Shown here: positions 56,095 to 64,000 of the stretch, piece by piece | Layout: each line of letters begins with the position of its first letter | Position numbering within the stretch: position 1 is the first letter of the stretch | DNA from: Octopus sinensis | Lineage: Eukaryota | DNA length: 64,000 nt | NCBI RefSeq assembly: GCF_006345805.1 | Contig: NC_042997.1 | Location: 37,820,001-37,884,000 of the forward strand | Direction: 5' to 3' | The notes under the pieces: model-generated | What the model saw: only the letters and a program-made list of their open reading frames with translations | Told to the model about the DNA's origin: nothing | Database searches by the model: none | Translations under genes and position numbers: made by a program

Positions 56095-56495
56095 TCTTTA
56101 TATATAAAAGTGAAGTTGTGTGTCTGTCTCCTACGATTTAGATTCCTAAGTACTCCCACATTTTGCGGTGCAGTGTAACCAAAAGCGGGTATCTTATAGT
56201 CGTGATTCATATCGAGCCCTTCTGGGTATTAGCGCGCGTCTACGATGAGTCTACGATTAAAAAAAAAAATTACCATCATTTTTTCCCATTTTGTAATGCA
56301 TTTTTTTGCTATTATATAAGGGAAGTAACTCTCTAAAAATGTATTATTAAATCTCAAAACGTAAAAAGCTACAGTAACAGCCCCCCCCCCTTTGTGAATA
56401 GCCATATTGAGATGGCTATTATACTTTACATCTCTAAAAATGTTTATATAGTTATTTCCCTTACAAACCCGAGCAACGCCAGGCGATACTGCTAG
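56095..56495 (+). mobile_element. Non-autonomous Helitron (401 bp)
   Basis: A|TC at 56094/56095, CTAG|T at 56495/56496, subterminal imperfect hairpin cccgagcaacgccagg (56468-56483). Confidence 0.85.
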
Positions 56496-56949
56496 TTCTC
56501 ACTAAAGAGGTTGCTTGAAATTTTCGAGAGTTATTAATAATTGAAATGCCTCTTTTAGTATTGATTCTATAAGAAGATAATTAGAAACTAATACTTCTAG
56601 TACAAATTGGAAATTATATTAAAAGAGTCGCGAAGTAATTAAATGAAACATTTTTGTTATTTTTGATTTAATTGATGACACAATTGTAACATTGTTTCCT
56701 GCAATATGTTTTTGCTCTAACAACATACTGGATCATTTTGTCTAGTACTTTGTTAATTTCAAATACAAAAACGTAACTTGCGACTTGAATAGGCAAGTGT
56801 CAATTTCTCTCATTAAACTTAGGACCAGGATAACGTACTCAGATTTTGGTTGGGCAAGTGCACCAGATATATAGGAACTAGGAAAACGTCGAGAGAAATG
56901 TAGGCAGCATCACTGAGAAAACAGCATGAATTTTGCAGAAAACTGTTGT

Positions 56950-57200
56950 GATGAAGACGTAGATACCAGCAATCTCAGTTATTGTGAGTTTAGAGCAGGT
57001 AGCGCAACAATGTGGTCGATGGTTTCACCACTATTAACACACAGTCAGAAATCTGTTCTGCCTGAATTGTTTTGTTTTACTGTCAAATCTTTCCAGCTTT
57101 GCCTTAATTGTTGCTACTTTTTGTTTCAATTCCTCCAATATTAACCTTTATCTCTTTTTCTGTATGTTCTTTCCAGTCTGATTCTTAAGCCTTTATTTTA
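56950..57200 (-). mobile_element. R4/Dong-type LINE fragment joining the N-terminal region directly to the CCHC finger
   Basis: Minus frame LEELKQKVATIKAKLERFDSKTKQFRQNRF followed by GETIDHIVA, with no RT between. Confidence 0.5.
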
Positions 57201-58479
57201 CAATTACCCTCATTTCGATCTATTAATTTGTCCTAAATGTCTTTTTAACTTTGTTTCTGTCTCATACATTTGTGAACGACAGTATGGTCCTTTCGTACTA
57301 TTTGTTCTCTTCTTTTCTGTCCAACTTTTTCTGCAGCAACCATAGCTGCAGCCGTGGTAATCTTATTGGTTACAGAGATATCTACTGTCTGGAATAGTTC
57401 AAAGACACAGTCCATAAAAAGTTTATATGACGTCTTCTTTGTCGGCATCTTAGGATATATATTTAATGTGCATTATTTATATTAGAGAGTGGGTTCTTGT
57501 AAAGACAGCCATAGTTAGTTTACCCCCGTTTAAGCAACACGCGGGTTCCTGATGATAACGCCGATTTCCTTTACCCTGCTTGATGTAATTGTCAGAATAA
57601 GACTTTTAGAAAAGCTAGATTTTACCGGTTTTTGATGAAATATGAGGCCTTTCCGTCTCACTATGTCCGATACTTATAATATCAACACTAAAAACACTGC
57701 TGTTAAACTCTAGTCTATATTACTTTCATTATTTCTACTATCACCAATAACACAGTTAATATTAAAACCATTATTTATTGTATTCAGATTCACTTCTTTA
57801 CTAAACATAGTGGAACACTTAACAAATGTTCGCAAGCAATGTTCCCTGTAACTGTGTTTGCATTCATCTTCCGTTTGGTTGAATATTTATTTTATTCTGG
57901 TATGCTATTCTTTAGTACGAACACGTGTAATTTAGATATTGCTGTTCAAAGTTCGATTGTAATGTTAAACGAAGTATGTCTATTGACTAAATATACATTC
58001 AGTGTCTAAGCAATAACAACTGTTGAATTTAGCAAGCGACTACAAATAATATTTGTATTTATATTCTTGTCTCAATATATGAATGTGTGCGCGCATGTGC
58101 CTGTACGCAGGCGCATTTAAACCATTTTCCTCTACGTAAAGATATATTATAAAGTACTTCAAAATTCTAACACAGCTTAGCAGGTTCCGCGCCAACAAAC
58201 ACCAAGGAGCAATTAATGTTTTATATATGTGGTTTTACAACAGTTGCATGAAATATATTGAGAATTACATTATTAGGCAGAAGGCACATGGAAATAAACC
58301 TCGGTATTCAGAATAACATACCATGATTCCATTGCATGGCTCTTTATATTAATTTGATCTATGACTTTTGAAGTTGGCGGTAGGGCGCCAAATAATATTA
58401 TTTAGTCTCTAGTTATGTTCCTTTATAAGTTGGGAGATCAGTTCCTCATATTTCTTGCATCATTGAAATACCAGTACAA

Positions 58480-59900
58480 GGATCTGATCAACAACACCTA
58501 AACCAGCATCTGCAACCGGCGTGAACTACCAGCGAGGGTCAAAAGGAACTTCACTACACGCAACAGCAAATTGCCTACAATTGACCACTCAGTCAAGACC
58601 TATAGTCTCCGGCACAGAGAGACCATTTTACAAAATTTCGTATCTCCTATTCGCAATCCGGAGACATTGTCAACCTAACCGCTGCATGTCAACAGTCTGG
58701 CTGAGATCATCCAGCGACTGCACCGACACATTCAGACGTAACAGTTATATTTTCAGACTAGACGTGGTATCACTCTACACTTCGGTTTCTGAACTCTCCA
58801 CGACTGGCCTGATGACGGAATATTGTCGCCTCTTCAAACGAACCATATTCATTATCCTCCAGTTACCTTCAGTGATAGTTGCCAACACACAGTTTGATTT
58901 CCTCTACAATGCATATATACAACGTTCAGGTCCGTCTGTGCTGTGCAGTCACTGCTTGCTTTTACTTACCTAGACTGGTTGGAGCGCAGAGCACATAGTA
59001 TCTGCGACTTCCTCACCAGGTAGCTGGACAATATCTTCAGCTTCACTTCATCTCATGAAAATGCCTCCACAACACTGGAAACTCTCAACGCTATGGTCCT
59101 GCACATCGCTCTCACCATCGAACATCCGAACGACGATGGTTCCCTCATCTCGATTGACTTTCCTTTAAACATCATGGACAGGCAGTTTACCGAGACCTTT
59201 TCATCCATTACAAATTGGACCTCTCGCTGGATGATAAGGTCAACTACATACAATATGAGAATGCCCATATACATCAGAAGCAGTGAGAGCGCCAGGTAGG
59301 ACACACGGTCTGCGCAGTTCCTCAAGATATTTGAAACACGCGGATATTCAGCACCCGTTGCAAACACCCAACACAGATAAAAAACCAAATAAATGGAATC
59401 TCTCTACGACCTGCTTTCTGACGATTTCCCTTTTCAACGAGAAGGCCATCCGTGAGATTATCCGCAGGGAAGGACTGGCTTTCCTGCTAGCCTATTTGGG
59501 ACCGCCTTTGCTTAGACACTTGTAGTGGAGGCGATCAAACGTAGAACAACAGTCCGGGACACTGTCCTATCCTGGAGACAAGCAAGTGTCTGCGAATATA
59601 CGTGGAGTACTAGATACAGTGTTCCAAATGCGGTGACTATTAAATCGGTAATACAGTCCGACCGTTACATATGTGACTAAAAGTACGCCTGACTACCAAT
59701 GCGTCTTCTACAAGTATGTAATTAAATGCGGCAACATCACCTAAGACGTAGATGCTTCATTATTGGCCATGGAGTGGAATAAATAGAATCTCCATCTGAT
59801 GGAGCCTTTACTGATCCAGCACCCTAATCCGAAGATCAATAGTTTATCGGAGTTTAGCCGGTGGCTCTTATAAGCAATCAAGCACTCCCCACATCACTAC
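58480..59900 (+). mobile_element. Second Penelope-like element, heavily decayed RT + GIY-YIG
   Basis: SRPIVSGTERPFYKIS, FRLDVVSLYTSV, LNAMVLHIALTIEHPNDDGSL, and IQCSKCGDY*IGNTVRPLHM (GIY-YIG with CxxC). Confidence 0.78.
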
Positions 59901-60616
59901 GAACACGACAATCATCATCAGCACTTCGACTGTGATTAGAACTATTGCCTACCAGCACTGAGATCGCAGCTGCCATAGCCATCATCGCTGCAGTTGCCTG
60001 TCACTATGTGTGATGAGCATTGTTGCTGTTGCCAGCCACTACCTAGTCAATGACTACAGGTATATACACCACCAACGCCCTCGCTGTCTACTACCACGAC
60101 ATTTACTACTATGGCCAACAATATTGATGTTCACAGCGACATCACAACGGAATTTACCATTGCTACGACCATCGATTACTACCACGGCATTTACCACCTT
60201 CATCACCGTTGCTGCCTGCCTACAGCTGGTTTTCGACAGCAATCTTCAGAATGACCTCTGAGTGACCAACATAGTGACCAACAATCTTCAGAGTGACCAT
60301 GGAACCAATAGCATCATCGGTTGGGAAGCTGCTGCTACAAATACAAGCACCAGACCGTACCCTTCTCATAATGTTTCTTTGCACGCGAAATATATAAGGA
60401 TTTTTCTATTTTCATCTCTACAGTGTTAGAACTTCTTTCATTCCCCATTTCGTTCATCTTTATACTACTGAAATCTTATACTTCCATAAATATTTTGATT
60501 CTTCCTACATGTTTATCTTTCTAGCACTATTTATGACAAATAATTTACCCCTGGAGTGTAGAAACTACGAAGATGAGTTATACATCAGCAAGTCATACCT
60601 ATATATATATATATAT

Positions 60617-60834
60617 AACAATTGCAGCGTGGAAGGTGTTTGTAAGCCATTTAAGAAACACACAAAAGCCGTTCGATTCACTTCAACATTTAAGTTTAAT
60701 TTGTCAAAATATTTTCGTCGCTAAAATCCGCGACCTGTTCACTGACAAAAATTAAACTTAAATGTTGAAGTGAATCGAACGGCTTTTGTGTGTTTCTTAA
60801 ATGGCTTACAAACACCTTCCGCGCTGCAATTGTT
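60617..60834. repeat. Near-perfect inverted repeat (arms 60617-60706 and 60743-60834) around a 36-nt hammerhead core
   Basis: Arms differ by one substitution and a 2-nt indel; (TA)n immediately to the left. Confidence 0.96.
60702..60747 (-). ncRNA. Type-I hammerhead-like motif with swapped G3-C8 pair
   Basis: Minus: TGTCA GTGAACA g GTCGC ggatttta GCGAC GAAA atat TT TGACA; 5-bp stems I and II, AATATT palindrome, UUU triplet. Confidence 0.75.
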
Positions 60835-60871
60835 TTCAGATCAAATCACTTACTATGCGAGTACATCTCCG

Positions 60872-60906
<35 letters not shown>

Positions 60907-60998
60907 TCCCGGGTTGAGTCGGGGTTAACCACAGTAAATAAGGTACTCAATACATAGCAGAGTAAATTAATTTATTCTACAGAAGGAGCTTCTACAGG

Positions 60999-61036
60999 AC
61001 TAGAACTGTTTCATTCAAAAGAAATCATCAGGAAGC
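60999..61036 (-). ncRNA. Eroded hammerhead-like motif, canonical core
   Basis: Minus: gcttc CTGATGA tTTC tttt GAAt GAAA cagttc TA g; stem II only 3 bp with a U.U at 10.1-11.1; stem I poor. Confidence 0.4.
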
Positions 61037-61259
61037 TAGTAGACAAGAGTTGTTTTGCATTTATACATTTAGGCAGGTTTAAATGGGTGGTGGTGGGGGA
61101 CTTTTTGGGGGTAGGCATGGCGCAAAAACTGTCATTATAAGGGGAGTGGTCAAAGGAATCGGTGGTAAAGTATATAAAAGAATAAATAAAAGAATAAAAA
61201 AATAAAAAAATATAAATAGAAAAATAGGGTTTTAGGCAAGCAGGGAGACTCCCACTTGT

Positions 61260-63004
61260 ACATCCACATATATATATATATACACATATATACACCCGCA
61301 TATTCACATATATATACATACATATACACACATATATACACACATATATACACACATATATACACACATATATACACACATATATACACACATATATACA
61401 TACATATATATACATACATACACATACATATACACACATATATATACATACATATACACACATATATACACACACCCATGCACGCACACACAGACACACA
61501 TATACATACACATACATACATATATGTATACCCACTCGACAAACATATACAAATGCACATACATGCACACACACACACACACACACCCTTACTCTCCCAT
61601 TTTAATTTTATTATTACTACCCCTGTCTATATCTCTATTTTTACTTCCATCTTGACCGGTCAATCGGTCTCAAGGGACGATCCAAAGACTCCGTCCATTC
61701 GTCTACTTACCTACACGAACGCAAGCACCCACCCACGCCCACACACCCACACGCACACACACGTACGTGCCACATCCATACACGCACACGTCCACATACA
61801 CTCACGTACACCCACATACACGCACATATGTATATATGTATATATGTGTACGCTCGTGTGTTTAAGTATATGTAAGTATGTAGAGTTATGTGTATGTACA
61901 TGTATGTATGTATATATGCATATGTGCAGATAGGTATATACGTGTATGCTTAGATGTATGTATGTATGTTTCCGTCTGTACAAAGGGTAACTGCATGTGT
62001 ATATATATCTATTGTTTATTATTCATTATTTATTACGTGAGTATACGTTTGTATGCATGTATGTATTTATGTATATAAGGAGGCGCGTGAGTGTGTGTAT
62101 GTGTATGCATTTGTATAAACATATGTATACATTTATGCATGTATGTGCTTGTGTGTATATGTATGTGTGTGTGTATATATATGTATATGTGTGTGTATAT
62201 ATACACATGTATCTACCCTTTAACCCTATACTGTAAGTATATTACTCTCTAACATTGGTACGACTCGACTACTCTGTCTCTTTTTCCCCCCTCTCCTACT
62301 TTTCTCTGCCTTCACCCTTTTCACTCCCCTTGTTCTGTCTCTTTCCCTCTTTTTGTTGTCCTCCCTTGTTCCCCTTCTTTCTTTCTCTCTTCCTCCGTCC
62401 CTCCTCTCCACATTTCTCTGCCTCTCAGACCTTATACCCCACTTGACCTGTCCCTTTCCCCTCCTGCTTCTCTCTTCATCTGTCCCTTCCTCCTTTTGTG
62501 CTCACGTGACCAGCTAGCTACTACTGCCTTTCGCATCAAGTAGTTGGCTTGACCACACGTATGTGTTTGTGCTCCGTTTGCCTTCAGGCATTTTTACCAC
62601 AGCCAGCCCTATACTCAACTCGTCCTGTCGAAAGACGCTTGTCCTGACGCCTGGTTTTGTTATGATTGTTTTTACGTTATTTTGTTATTTTATCCGTGCT
62701 TTCTTTATTGTTTTTACGTATTTTTGAATTTTTTTTTCGAGTAACATCGTCCGTTTTTCCGTCACCGTGTTGTATACTTTCGAGGTTTTCTTCCAAGGAA
62801 TCTAATGCGATTGGCTTAGATTTCCCTTGGTTGGCTGCCCAGATTGGAGCAATCTCAAGATTAATCAGCGAAATTGCGAAGATGATCTGGTTCTTGACTG
62901 ATGACTGAGAGCTTCGAAAGTCCCGTCTGTGTGTTTTTTTTGCCGTCTTCAAAATGTTTCACGTTCTTGTCCCAGTTTGTTTTGTTAACGTTTACTATAT
63001 ATAG

Positions 63005-63064
<60 letters not shown>

Positions 63065-63461
63065 GTATATATATATGTATGTATGTGTATATGTGTGTGT
63101 ATGTGTATGTGTATATATATATATAGTGTAGATGTGTGTGTAAATGTATATATATATCTATATATCTATATATATATATATATAATATATTATGTGTGTG
63201 TGTGTGTGTGTGATGTATATGTTGTGTATATATGTGTGTGTGTATGTGTGTATATATATATATATATCTATATATATATATGTATATAGAATATATATGT
63301 ACGCTTGGTGTTTTAGGATATGTAGGTTGTAGAGTTATGTGTGTATGTATGTTATATACATATGTGTAAATAGGTATATATGGGTATGTTTATATGTATG
63401 TGTCCTTTGTATAATGGATAACTGCACGTATATATATTTATAATTTTTATTATTATTATTA

Positions 63462-63499
<38 letters not shown>

Positions 63500-64000
63500 T
63501 GAGTATGCATGTATGTGTGTATGTATATGCCTGTATGCATGTATGGTTTTATGAACATGGGGAGGCGCGTGTGTGTGTGGATGTGTGTGCATGTGTGTAG
63601 ACATATGTATACATTTATGCATGTATGTACTTGTGTGTATATGTGGATGCGCGCGTGTGTGTATGTGTGCGCATGTATATGTGTATGTGTATGTGTGTAT
63701 ATGTGTATATATTTTCATAAAGCTTCCCTTTTTATTTATATATATATATATGTGTATATGTATATGCATGTGTGTGTGTATATATGTGTGAGTGTGTATG
63801 TGTATGTATATGTGTATGAGTATATATGTATATATATATGTGTATATGTGTATGTATATGTATGTATGTGTATGTGTGTGTGTATGTATGTGTGTATATA
63901 TATTGGTTGGTGTATGTGTATGGACTGGTCTTCTGTGAGTGTGTTGAGGCGTGTATGTGAATATACGTGAATGTGTGTAGATGTATGCGTGTATGAATAT
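61260..64000. repeat. Compound (CA)/(TA)/(TG)/(ATT) low-complexity region with an unclassified CT-rich repeat at ~62230-62990
   Basis: Includes a 12-bp cacacatatata tandem at ~61320-61400 and (ATT)n at ~63445-63500; the ORFs here are repeat translations. Confidence 0.9.

Noticed and set aside
60215-60252. Minus-strand CTGAAGA...GAAA...CAGCTG-TA near the second PLE
   Set aside because: No stem II or stem I pairing.
62620-62650. ctgtcgaaagacg as a hammerhead core
   Set aside because: No consistent stem II, stem III and NUH arrangement on either strand.
62677-62952. 91-aa minus-strand ORF in the unclassified repeat
   Set aside because: No recognisable domain; likely incidental in a decayed repeat.

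Overview
AT-rich, microsatellite-dense animal DNA, most likely a coleoid cephalopod (octopus). This is inferred from the tRNA-derived SINE families and the (TA)n/(CA)n/(GATA)n/(TAA)n load. I found no confident host protein-coding gene; nearly all ORF-track hits are translated microsatellites. The window is a transposon graveyard: at least four SINE families, fragments of R4/Dong-, Tx1- and CR1-type LINEs, two decayed Penelope-like elements (PLEs), a Gypsy LTR element lacking RT/RNase H nested inside a SINE, a decayed RepHel Helitron plus a non-autonomous Helitron, mariner MITEs, and a fossil FEN1/XPG-like nuclease + CXC gene. The main discovery is a set of about ten type-I hammerhead-ribozyme-like folds from several unrelated short repeat families, mostly embedded in (TA)n. 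They have palindromic stem III and different catalytic cores: canonical CUGANGA, U4C, and a compensated G3-C8 swap. One closes a ~90-bp near-perfect inverted repeat; another lies between ~236-bp direct repeats. All folds were derived by eye and none is shown to be active. Coordinates of decayed elements are approximate unless a TSD or terminus is quoted.
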